Shown in pieces: positions 25,058 to 36,615 of a stretch of DNA of 64,000 nt. The first letter of the stretch is position 1, and every line of letters begins with the position of its first letter. The stretch comes from Felis catus (taxonomy: Eukaryota): the NCBI RefSeq assembly GCF_018350175.1, contig NC_058383.1, positions 26,972,001-27,036,000 on the forward strand, given 5' to 3'. The position numbers and the translations under genes are program-made. The notes below the pieces were generated by a model. It was not told the DNA's origin, ran no database searches, and saw only the letters and a program-made list of their open reading frames with translations.

Positions 25058-26733
25058 TCCCCCGCCTTAGAACATGAGTTGTTGCAAATTTTTGACTGTT
25101 TGTGTAGCTCATTCATGTTGAGTGTATGTCTCGCAGGTTAACTGCAGGGTCCTGGGCTGTACCCACATCACTGCTAGAACCTGCCAGTCCATTTTCCAAA
25201 GTCATTTGATCAATTTAAGCAGCACGGACAGATTTGACGGGGAGTCTGGCTGATTCCTGCTCTGATGTTTTTTACTGCTGAAATACACCCCACCAAAGTG
25301 CCAGGTGTAAGTAGTGCAGACTTGCTGGGAAACCTTTGCTCCTGGCAAATAGAGGGTTTTGTTGTGGAGGTTGTTTTGTTTTGTAAACATTTTTTAGTGA
25401 CATATAACACACATAAAGCAACGTGGATAAACCTCCAGCGAGCAGCTCATTGAAACTTACAAAGTGATTACTCCCACGAGACCACTGCCTGATCAAGGCA
25501 CAGAATGTGACTAACACCCCTGACAGCTTTCCTCCGACTTTGTTCTTGTTTAAGATTATCTCTACTCTGTTGACCCTTTGCATTTGCATTTCCATATGTA
25601 TTTTAGAATCATGTGGTCACTTTCTACACCGGAAAACCTGCTGGGATTTTGAATAAGATTGTTTTCAAGTGATACATTAATTTAAGAATTTTGTTAGATT
25701 GGTGGTTTTTTTCTTCCTTACCTCAAAAGAATTCACTAATGAAGTCATTTGCGCTGGGGGTGTGTGTGTGTGTGTGTGGGCAGGAGGGATGGATTATGAT
25801 TACAACTGTAGGTATAATTTCTTTATTAGCTAAAGGAGCATTCAGACTTTCTGATATTTCTTCTGTCAGTTTTGCTAAGTTGTTTTTAAAGAAATATTTG
25901 CATTTTATCTCCATTTTTCAAGTCTGTTGGCTTTAGACTGTTTCAGAGTGCATGAAGGAATTACTTTATGTGACGGAAATACTCTGTGTCTTGATTATGG
26001 TGGTATTTATATGGGGATGTGCACTGGTTGAGACTTCTTTAACTGTACACTTAAAATGGGTAGACTTTATTATTTCACCTATAATTTTGGAAAAAATTAA
26101 AACGTCCAATAAAATCAAATGTTGGTAGTAAAGTGGGAGACACTGCAGGAGAGGGTTTACATGGAAAACAATTTGGAAATATCTTTAAAAATGGAAAATG
26201 TATATATGCTGACACTTGGACATTCTTCCTGGAAGTGCACACTTTAGGGAAATTCTCCCATCCGTGTGCCAGGAGATGGTATGACATTACTACAGCAAGG
26301 TTTGTAAGAGAAGAAACATGAAAAAAGCGTCACCGTATCTAGAATATTAGTGGTGGTAAATCAGCATGGTAGACTGGTATTTCGCTCTTAAATATAGTGA
26401 TTTAGAACTCCGCATTTCAACCTGGATAAAGCTTTCAAACAAGTTTTTTTTTTTTTTAAGTTGCAAAAGGAACACCATAGTTGATGCCATGGATGTAACT
26501 TTTTAGAAAAAACCGTTCTTCCATTTTTCCCCCCCGTTGTAAGAACCATTTGAGTTGGGCACAGGGAATCCGGAAGGAAGATGTCCTTGCAGGGAGCTGT
26601 GACCGTGTCTCGATACTTTCAGTGGGATATGAGCTCTACAATTGGCAGCTTCCCAGAACCTTCCTTCAGGGTAGCTGGTCAGCTCTCAGCTCTCCGGCTC
26701 CCCTTCCTCTTCCTTGTCTTGGGATGGGCTTCC

Positions 26734-27144
26734 TGTATCTGGTTTCCTAGAGCCGCCGTAACAAAGTAGCATAAACTGAGTGGCTTTAAACAACAGAAAT
26801 GTGTATTCCCTTATAGCTCTGGAGGCAGGAAGTCCTACCAGCACGGCCATGCTCTCTTGTTGGCTCCGGGGGAGAATCTGTCTCATGCTTTCCCCCTAGC
26901 TTTGGGTGTTGCTGGCAACACTTTGGCATTCCTCAGCTTCTAGACCCATCATTCCAATATCTGCCTTTGTCTTCACATGACGTTCTTCCCTGTGTGTCTA
27001 AATCTGTGTCTCTCCTCTTCTCATGAGGACCCACGTTACTTCATCTTAACTCGATTACATTTAAACCCATTTCCAAATAAGGTCTCATTGATAGATACTG
27101 GGGGTTAGGATTTCAACACATCTTTTTGGTAGACGCCCACAACA
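26734..27144 (-). mobile_element. MaLR LTR (MLT1B/C-like), apparently nested in an older MLT1 (about 26545-27450)
   Basis: tgtatctggtttcctagagccgccgtaacaaagt..gggggttaggatttcaacacatc..cccacaaca. Confidence 0.8.
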
Positions 27145-27450
27145 CCTTCCTCTCTTCCTTCTTCTATTTCTTCTCTACCCCTTCTATCCTTTCTGTTGTT
27201 GAAGTAAGGATGTGATAGCAGGGGCTGGAACAGCCATCTTGGACCAAGAAATAAATTTTAGAATAGAATCCATGCTTGGAGGAGCTGTAAGATAGGAAGG
27301 AGGCTGGGTTCTTGATATCATAAAGAAGCCACATCAGGTTTGGACTCTCTATCAAGACTTTAAAATGACAGGGAAATAAATATTTCTCTTTAAAGACCCC
27401 TCTTCCCTTTACTTCTGGGTTTACTTCAGGTTTGTGGCCAAACCTAATCT

Positions 27451-27452
<2 letters not shown>

Positions 27453-27490
<38 letters not shown>
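27453..27490. repeat. (AC)19 microsatellite
   Basis: Directly visible. Confidence 0.97.
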
Positions 27491-27493
<3 letters not shown>

Positions 27494-28249
27494 GTCATCT
27501 GTATAACTTTACGTTTCCCTATGTTCCATACGTATGTTTATGGAACATAAGTGGTAGCATATCAAATATATGAACACAGGAAGAAAGAGTAGAATGGGAA
27601 ATGATAATCCATAGGACCTTAACTTCTATCATGTTTTATTTCTTCTCTTAACAGAAGATAAAGCAAACATAGCAAATGTTTAAATAGTTATGAATTCTAG
27701 AAGGTGGGAACGAGTGTCACAACCCATGATAACGTTAATTCTTGAAGTCTGAATTTTAAAAATGTATCCTCCTCAAAATTCCCTCAAAAATCGAGAGGAC
27801 TCTATCCACACCTTTTACTTGAATCACGTGGATTGACCTGAAATTTCCAGAACCGACTGGCTATTTTCTTACCTCTGACCACACTGCTTCCCCTCACTGT
27901 CATGTCCTTCTGGCCTTTTTCACCACGTCTTCCGGATCTCAGCCCGGAGTCAAATAACGGGTGTTGGGGCCTCTGAGGAGCCATGTAGAGAACCCACAAA
28001 AGTGAGATTCCTACCTATCAGATTCCAGAATAAAAGCCTAGGTGGTGATACATTTTTGATAATAATTCTAGTGACAGAAGTTGTGCGTGTTCACTTTACA
28101 GCGTCCAGAGACCAGTGTTACAAAAGTATATAAAAGTAAAAATTGAAACCAGCCGTTGATCATCTCTACTGTATCCTAGAGGCAACTCATTTGAATAAAG
28201 ATTTAAATATTTTAAAACCAAACTGTAAAGTGTTAGGTTAAATAACAAG

Positions 28250-28980
28250 AGAGTCTTTTTAAAATCGTGTGGTAAGGAAGGACTTTCTTACGTGGGACAA
28301 AGGCAGCAACTTTAAATAACCAGACTCATTTTTCTGTGAGAAAAATAGTTTCAAAACTGCTTTGTGAATGAAATGCTGGGAAAATATTTGTAACATACAC
28401 GATGGACTGGAATGACAATATTCTTCATATGTAAAGAGATATTTCAAATTAATATAGAAAGAAAAGACACAGAAAGGAAACGTTTTTACATTGAAGCATT
28501 GTTGTGACATACGATATTAACAAATTGGCAATTTTGAAAGGCCAAACTAAGTGCAACTTACATATGTGATAATAAATCTGTAACAATATATGATAATACC
28601 TACTGATGGGGAGAATGTGGGAGAATTTGACATACTCGTGTCGCGCTGATGGAATAGAAAATCAGCAAAACCTTCAGGAGAAAATCTGGCCCTGTGTATC
28701 AACGCCTTAAAAAGATAAGTGATTTTAACTCTATGATTTCACTGCTAGGAATTCATTCTGACAAAATAAAGGAGGGTATGTGCAAGAAATCAGCTATGAA
28801 CATTTACCACACGGTTGTGTATGGCGGTGAGGAAAATTGTACACAACCCCAATGTCCACATTTAGAGTCTTCATTAAACAAATTATGTTGCATTCATTTA
28901 ACAGAATAGTGTGAGTAGGATTTTAAGATGTTTTAATTTCTAATTAAGATGAAAATGATTTAATTTCACATGAAATGAAA
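28250..28980 (+). mobile_element. Ancient L1 (L1M) fragment
   Basis: aaatgctgggaaaatatttgtaaca..atttcactgctaggaatt..acaaccccaatgtcca. Confidence 0.6.
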
Positions 28981-29011
28981 AATGAATGGATTAAAAATAG
29001 TGTGGATTGCA

Positions 29012-29211
29012 GGGGCGCCTGGGTAGCTCAGTCGGTTGGGCGTCCAACTTCGGCTCGGGTCATGATCTCTCGGTCCGTGGGTTTGAGCCCCGCATCGGGC
29101 TCTGTGCTGATGGCTCATGTGCCTGGAGCCTGCTTCCGATTCTGTGTCTCCCTCTCTCTCTGCCCCTCCCCCGCTCAAGTTCTGTCTCTGTGTCTCTGAA
29201 AAATAAATAAA
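29012..29211 (+). mobile_element. Can-SINE
   Basis: ggggcgcctgggtagctcagtcgg head, CT region, aaataaataaa tail; no clear TSD. Confidence 0.93.
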
Positions 29212-29399
29212 TAGCAGACACCATTGTGTGGTTGTTCCTCACAAGGAGGTAACATCTTGGAGCAAAAGAGGCATGTCTTGCTCTGTCACTGTCATCTCCT
29301 TTTGTGACTTAAAAAATGGCGAATGGTGAATTAAGAATATCCTCACTCAGTTTTTTAAGTCATGGTTTCATTGGCCAGTTTCCCCTTCTTCGTTAACAA

Positions 29400-29608
29400 T
29401 TTTTTAAAATTTTTATTTATTTTTGAGAGAGAGAGAGACAGAGCCCGAGAGGGGAAGGGGCAGAGAGAGAGGGAGACACAGAATGTGAAGCAGGCTCCAG
29501 GCTCCAAGCTGTCAGCAGAGTCCGACACGGGGCTCGAACTCATGAACCGTGACATCATGACCTGAGCCAAAGTCGGACGCTCAACCGACTGAGCCACCCA
29601 GGCACCCC
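29400..29608 (-). mobile_element. Can-SINE
   Basis: Full reverse SINE; TSD c(g/a)ttaacaatttttt. Confidence 0.93.
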
Positions 29609-30008
29609 CCATTAACAATTTTTTTAAATCGAAAATCGCAAATTACCTGAGCTGGAATGATTCATTTCTCCAAACCGGGGTTATGTAGCTAGACAGACTG
29701 AAGTCTAGAGAGATGAGGTGACTTGTGTCACATGGCAGGTTAGGGGCAGGCCAGGACCAGACCCAGGCTGACAGCCGTCCTTCTGGGGCTTGCTCCCACA
29801 CCAGTTTGCTTAGCAGCCCTATCAGATTTCCTTTTGTTGTCTGAAGAGATCTGACACAACAGTGAGTTTCCAAAGGGGATGAATGAAAGTTTCTGCATAG
29901 GCCGCCCTGGGGCAGTGAGAAAGGAAGAAATCTGGGTGTCCATGTGAAACAAGATTCAAAGCTAGATTTTTAGAATGTCCCATCCTTGTCTCCAAACGCT
30001 GACATTCA

Positions 30009-30041
<33 letters not shown>

Positions 30042-30048
30042 CGCGCGT
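30009..30048. repeat. (GT)12(GC)7 alternating purine-pyrimidine microsatellite
   Basis: Directly visible. Confidence 0.97.
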
Positions 30049-30797
30049 CTTTATTCTGTGGGAAAAAGATGGAAGAAAGCTTCACTGCAGGCAGCATGGC
30101 GGGCTCAGCCTCTCCAACCACCGTCCTCAGAAACAGGCCCCAAGCCTGTTGATTTCTTTTCTCTGGTGTGCCTTGATCCTTTCCTTCCTGGCTCTAGAAT
30201 TTGCTGGGTCATTGCGTCTCTATTTCCACCTCGCTTCATCTGAATAGCCACAGTGTCAATGAGTGAATTCAGGCTCCCAGCTGGGGGCCCCGGAGAGTTT
30301 ATTTCTGAAAATGGACCTGTCTTCACCCTTAATGCAGTCTCTGTATACACAACCTCTGAGCAAACAGCTGGAAAGTGAGTTGAGTCAACCGGGCAGTTGG
30401 CCTGTATGTGGCTTTCTGTATTACACACTTTCTCATTTTAAATCCTCACAACTCTGTGAGGGCGTAGGAGCTACTATCCCCATTTTGCGGATGAGAACAC
30501 TGAGTCTTGGGGAGGAAAAGTGACTTGCCTGGGGTTATAGAACAGCAAGGGCTCAGACTGGCTGGGAAGCCAAGTGTTCCAGTTATAAGAAAGTTAACTT
30601 TGCTTTCTCTTTTTTGGTGGGAAATTAAATCTGCTTTCCCCTTTCTGACAGCGACCATTCACTGTGAACTTCAGGGTGGCTGTCTGAAAAACGTGACCTC
30701 AGTGTTTCCATGACACTTAGGAATGAGTTACTAAAACTGACTTGGCTCTCAGCCTTAGCCCACAAGATTTAAATTTTTTTTTCTAATGTTTACTTTT

Positions 30798-31013
30798 ATA
30801 AATTTTTTTTCAACGTTTATTTATTTTTGGGACAGAGAGAGACAGAGCATGAACGGGGGAGGGGCAGAGAGAGAGGGAGACACAGAATTGGAAACAGGCT
30901 CCAGGCTCCGAGCCATCAGCCCAGAGCCTGACGCAGGGCTCGAACTCACGGACCGCGAGATCGTGACCTGGCTGAAGTCGGACGCCCAACCGACTGCGCC
31001 ACCCAGGCGCCCC
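30798..31013 (-). mobile_element. Young feline Can-SINE inserted in the tail of an older SINE
   Basis: TSD tctaatgttta(c/t)tttt at 30782-30797 and 31014-31029. Confidence 0.95.
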
Positions 31014-31228
31014 TCTAATGTTTATTTTTGAGAGAGAGAGAGAGAGAGAGAGAACACTAGTATACAAGTGGGGGAGGGGCAGAGAGAGGGGCACAGAGGA
31101 TCGAAAGCGAGCTCTTTGCTCACAGCAGAGAGCCTGATACTCTGTCATACTCTCAAACTCAGGAACTGCGAGATCATCCCTTGAGCCGAAGTCAGATGCT
31201 GAACCTACAAAGCCACCCATGTGCCCCC
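31014..31228 (-). mobile_element. Older Can-SINE (host of the preceding insertion)
   Basis: (GA)n, degenerate body, head ending agccacccatgtgcccc. Confidence 0.88.
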
Positions 31229-31229
31229 A

Positions 31230-31875
31230 AATGTGCAAATCTTATAAGTGTACTGCTTATGCATAGGTGTATGCCTTGTATAGCCACCATCCAGATCTAG
31301 TGATGAACATGTTCATCATCTCAGAAAAATTCCTCCTGACCTTTTCTGGTTAGTACCTCCACCCTTGGATGTAGCCACTGACTGACTTCAAGCACTGTAG
31401 ATTAGCATTGTCTGTGTTTGTTGTTGACATAAACTCATACCCTACAGTGGATACTCTTCTGGGTCTGCCGCCTTTCTCTCAATATCATGTTTCTGAAAAT
31501 CATCTGTGTGATGTTTTCCCATACTTCATTCTGTTTTATTGATGATTAGTATTACAGTGTATGAATATACCTCAGTTACCTGTTTTCCTATTCATAGACA
31601 TATCTGCATTGTTTCTAGCTTGGGGTTAAGCTGGAGTGAATTAAGCTTCTGTGAACATTCTTGTACAACTCTTTTTGCGGACAAATGTCTTTGTTTCTCT
31701 TGAGTATCAGCCTAGGACTGGAACGGCAGGATCGTCGGGGTAGGGTAGGGGTATATTTAATTGTATTACACACTGCCAGATTCTTTTCCAGAGTGATTGA
31801 AGTGTTTTGCACTCCCACCGGCAGTGTGTGGGAGTTCCAGTGGCTCCACATTTTTGCCAAGACTTCTGTCATTCC
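31230..31875 (-). mobile_element. Ancient L1 (L1M) 3' fragment
   Basis: tgtgaacattcttgtaca..cactgccagatt..cactcccaccggcagtgtgtgggagttccagtggctccacat. Confidence 0.75.
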
Positions 31876-34579
31876 TTTTTATCCGATCTCCATTTTATCC
31901 GATCTCCACTTACAGGAAAGCAGGACGCTTTTCATCTCTCCATGAGTTACCCCCAGTTTTAAAGTAATGATTTTTCATTTCTATTCTGGATTTCTTCCAA
32001 CTGTCAGCTCTCCCTCCTTGGGCTCTATCCCAAACCTTACTTACTTTAGGACTGCTTACAAAGGAATGTAAATCAAACAGCTATCTCCTGTGAAATCCAG
32101 AGTAAACTGTGTGGTTGAGAAGTAGGTACAAGAAGGGCTCAATTTGGGGGCAGTCCGGCTGCCTAGGATTCTGGACTCGGATGCTCCTGTCTTTTACTGA
32201 CTATGTGGTCTGAGACAGATCCTTTAATATCATAGCTTTGGATTCATTGACTATAATATACAGACGGTGAAGATTAAATCCATAAAGGATGTGAAAGGGA
32301 ATTTCACGGACTGGAGACTTGTTGAATACGTTGCACATTTCTGTTTGTATCAGTCAGGATGGGCTGGGTTGTGCTGTGGTAACAGGCAGCCTCGAAATCT
32401 CCGTGGCTCAGCACAACAGACATTCCTTCTTATCCCTGCTGTCTGTCTGGCACTGCTTGTTGGAGTCCTCTCATCAGTCACTCAGGAACATGGGCCAGCG
32501 GGGCTTCTGCCTGGACGCCCGGTTCCAAATGATAGCAGTGTGTGCTCGCTGGGATAAATTTAGGATCTAAGTCATTTTGTCATCGTGTGAACAGAGGAGA
32601 GTATTCTGTGATAAACACTGGAGATACAGAAACCAAAGATACTGTGCCTGCTTCCAGGAGATGATAGCGTAATAATAATGACCCAACAACAATAAAAGTT
32701 AGCAGTAATAGTAAAAGCTACGGCCACTAAGAGTTACTAAGCCAGAGACGGTATTAACAGCTTATTTTATGCAGCAGGCATTTGCACGGTTAGAAAACTC
32801 AGATGGGTGAAAATGGAACTTTATTTTCCTGTAACTGAATTTAATTTCACTCTCAAGCATCCACTTCCATCACGCGCTGGAGATTGCATTAGAGGAAATG
32901 AAGTCACTGCAGGCTTCAGATTCAGTCTCTTGGAAATTACTCAGTTGACCCAAGCTTCTCTCTCCCTCGCGTTCCTTTCTTTCCTTCTCAGCAGGTGTGC
33001 CTGAAGTTCCTGGTGTGAAGTGAAGCCTCAGTATTGGGACATGCCAGCCGGTGGGGAGACGGGTCACCATCTGTTGTCCCCACTCAGCGTGGCTTTGTGT
33101 CCCCTTTGCTTCCGCTGCTGCTGGCTGTGGGTCTGCAGGCACTTCAGTGCGTCCACATCCTCAGCCTCCAACCATGAGGACAGCTTCGGTCTCCTGGTTC
33201 TCGAGGACGCTTGTCTGCCCTTCACGGGAGCTGAGAGCTTCCAGCTGCTTTCTGCCACAGTCGGGAGCCAAAAGGTTCCCCTCACTCCCCACCACAGGCC
33301 CCTTAGCCTCTGCTACTCTATGGCCTGGGCACCATGTTGGACAGAGAGCTGTTCTATAAATCATATGGCCTCCTGGGACACAAAGCAGTGACTCTTTCGG
33401 TCTGGGATAAACACATCTGTGGTTTCTTTCATCATCTTAGGCCATATTTATTTGGTTTATGTAGAGACAGCATGTATAATCCTAACGGTTTCAAATGACC
33501 TTCAAAAAACAAAATCTGTCCTCAAAAGATAGGCCAGTTGGTGTTCCAGATGAAGATGGAAAACAATCAATACTGCTTTGTAATATGGATAATAACTGTG
33601 CAAGTTCAGGCCTGAAATAGTAGCAGAGGCCCGAGGCTGGAATCAATATGAATTAGGATTCTGTGTTCATTCGTCATTAACGCTAATCAGTTGTTGGCTT
33701 TGAACAGAAGACTCATACCTTGATTGGAGCTGTCAGTGGTAGGGAGGAAATTAAAATGTGTTTGTGCTCCGCTAGTGTGTTTGAATTTTGAGGCACCTGA
33801 AATCCTGCTGTGGCCTACAGTGGAGATGTTCTCATGTATGTTAGGAGGGAGTTGGAATACATAGTTAAGTGTTAAGTTCCCCTCTAGCTATGAAGTATTC
33901 TCTTTGATAATAGGAAAGTAAACAGAATCTTAATTCATTCCTTTATGACTTAATTTTTTCTGCATCAGGGAGGAACAGCAGCCAGTGTTTGGTATTTAAG
34001 GAAAACATACATTTAGAATTCATCTATATGCAGTCATATATGTTATGAATGTGAGTCCAAAAGATACTTCCCTTAATAAGCAAGTGAGAATTTATGAGCC
34101 TGTTCTCACCTACCTCACTGCCATTATTTATCTTATATTAATGGCCTCTCTACCCAGTAGACTGCTCTAGGTCTATTAAATTTTTTTTTTAATGGCATCT
34201 TTTGGATTTGGGGCAAGCCATTGGGCTCTCAGCTCATTTGCAATTTCTCCATTGTTTATGAATCACCTGATTTATGTCAAAGGGATGTAGTGGCTCATTT
34301 TGAGCCTACTTTTGGCTCCCAATTGGATTCAAAGCATTTGAGCATGTCTTATGGGCCGTTTCATCAGGCCTCTATTTGAATGAGTTGATTTCCACGGTGG
34401 GGATAGAGTTGTAAGGGGCAGTCGAGATGGTGGTTAACACATAAGGTACCTCAGGAGAACAACATAATCATAAAGACTGCTGGCTTTGAGGGTAGACATT
34501 CTTGGTCTCACTTCTTATCTCTATGGTCTTGGGCCAGTTACTTAAATTGGGGGGCTTTGTTTGTACATCTAAAAAGTAA

Positions 34580-34779
34580 GGGGACACCTGCGTGGCTCAG
34601 TTGGTTATGCGTACGACTTGATTTCAGCTCAGATCATGATCTCATGGTTCGTGGGATTGAGCCCCGCATGGAGCTTGTTGGGATTCTCTTTCTCTGTCTC
34701 TGTCTGTCCCTCCCCGACTCATGCTGTGCTCATGCGCTCAGTCTCTCTCTCTCCTTCAAAATAAATGCACTTAAAAAAA
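34580..34779 (+). mobile_element. Can-SINE (older) inside a MIR
   Basis: ggggacacctgcgtggctcagttggtt head, CT region, A tail; MIR-like flanks at about 34490-34890. Confidence 0.88.
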
Positions 34780-35374
34780 TGAGAACAATTACTACCAACC
34801 TCCTGTGATTGTTTAGAGGGTTCAGTAGGGTTCAGCATGTGAGGGGCTCAGCATACAGTCCAGCACAGAGTAAGAGCTCAGTACACCTTGGCTGTGGTTG
34901 TCCTGTCTGCCCCTTACCTGCCCCATGGACTTGTTTCTGATCTTCCATCATGGGGAGCTGTAGGAAGAAGGCAAAAGAGCTGTTCGCACAACGGACCATG
35001 TGAAATGTTAAGGTGGGTCCAAAGGTCCTGGATTTTACATTTGAAATCAAGAGCCAGGGAAATATGAATTCTCATCGGTCATGACCTCATTTTTCCTTGG
35101 GCTGATGAGGCTTAGGGGAAATCAGGGGGCATTTATATTTGTCTTTCCATACCTATACTTCGTCTTTTCCGTTTTTCATATTAACAGAGCCAAAAACTGG
35201 CTGGAATGTTACTTCATGGAAAATTATTTCTCTACTCGCAGAACACTCCTGACACCATGTGTGTGGGCGTTTTCCCCACACCAACAAATTGTCTAGCCCT
35301 CCAGATACCAACTGGGTACCCTATAATTAAGTTCTTTTGTTGTTGTTGTTTTGTTTTGAAAATAGGTCATACTT

Positions 35375-35484
35375 TCATTTATTTATTTATTTTTAAGTAA
35401 GTTCTGTGCCCAACATGGGGCTTGAACTCATGACCCTGAGATCAAGATTCACACGCTCTACTGACTGAGTCAGGAAGGCACCCC
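35375..35484 (-). mobile_element. Short Can-SINE
   Basis: tttatttatttttaagtaag..ctgactgagtcaggaaggcacccc. Confidence 0.8.
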
Positions 35485-35501
35485 TTCTACACTTCATTTC
35501 T

Positions 35502-35724
35502 TTAAAAAAATTTTTTTTTAACATTTATTCATCTTTGAGAGACAGAGAGAGAGAGAGTGTGAGTGGGGGAGGAGCAGAGAGAGAGGGAGACACAGAATGC
35601 GAAGCAGGCTCCAGGCTCCGAGCTGTCAGCACAGAGCCCGACGCGGGGCTCGAACTCACGAACTGTGAGATCATGACCTGAGCCAAAGTCGGACACTCGA
35701 CCGACTGAGCCACCCAGGCGCCCC
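35502..35724 (-). mobile_element. Can-SINE
   Basis: Perfect TSD TACACTTCATTTCT at 35488-35501 and 35725-35738. Confidence 0.95.
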
Positions 35725-36399
35725 TACACTTCATTTCTGACACTAACCCAGAGTGAAAGCAGATTCCAAGGTTAAAGACTCAGTCCCACAGACTGCCCAC
35801 CCCCACCCTCGCTTGAATGCCAGTTGCTAGTACCAGATTGTCATCTGTACTTCCGACCACTTGGCTATGGTTCAGAGGTTCCTCTAACCCTCTCCTTCAT
35901 ATAATAACTCACAGAGCTCAGGGGAATGCCAACACTCTGCTTCTGTTTACTCGCTTATTCTCAGGGATATTCTAAAGGATACAGATGGACAGTCAGATGA
36001 AGAGTTACATAGGATGAGGTCTGAAAAAGTCCCGAGCATAAGAGCTTCTGTCTCTGTGGAGGAGATGTGCTTCCCCCTCCTGGCTCATGGATGTGTTCGC
36101 CACCCAGAAGCTCTCCAAACCCGATCGGTTAGGCATTTTTGTGGAGGTCTTACCACACAGGCATGATCGATTATGAATTCAGTCTCTCTGGATGAGTGGG
36201 GGATGGGGTTGAAAGGTCCAAGCTTCGACTTTCCAAGCCTTCATCTAGGAGCCTGCTGAGAGTTACCTGATTAGCATGAAAGACGCCCCTGTCACCCGGG
36301 AAATCCTAAGGGATTTAGGAGCTCTATGTCAGGAACTGAAGGCAGAGACCAAATATCTGTTTCTCATTATATCACACACCCCTGCACACTCTTCGGGGA

Positions 36400-36615
36400 G
36401 AATAATAGCTAATATTTGTGAGCATTTACTGTATGTGAGGCACAGTGCCATGTGCTTTGACATGAGTCTCATTGGATCGTCAAATAATGTTCGGAGAGAG
36501 GTTATCATTTTATAGATGAAGGTATGCAGGTTCAGGGAAGTGAACTCATTACCTAAGGTCACACACCAATAAATGAGATATCGCGAGGACTCAAATCTTG
36601 CCTGCCCAGAGCACC
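36400..36615 (-). mobile_element. MIR
   Basis: ataatagctaatatttgtgagcatttactg..cattttatagatgaagg..cctaaggtcacac. Confidence 0.8.

Larger units (their letters stand above)
35207..36377 (-). mobile_element. MER21-like solo LTR interrupted by two SINEs
   Basis: Ends gaccaaatatctgtttctcattatatcaca; shares ccacaccaacaa, ctcagtcc, aggcatgat and ttaggagctctatg blocks with 9140-9995. Confidence 0.75.

Noticed and set aside
24750..25112. Recurrent peptides such as GAWVAQSVKRLTSAQVMIS and GAPGWRSRL in many ORFs
   Set aside because: Translations of Can-SINE consensus sequence
31877..31908. Perfect 16-bp tandem duplication ttttatccgatctcca
   Set aside because: Ordinary slippage or repair duplication at the edge of an old L1
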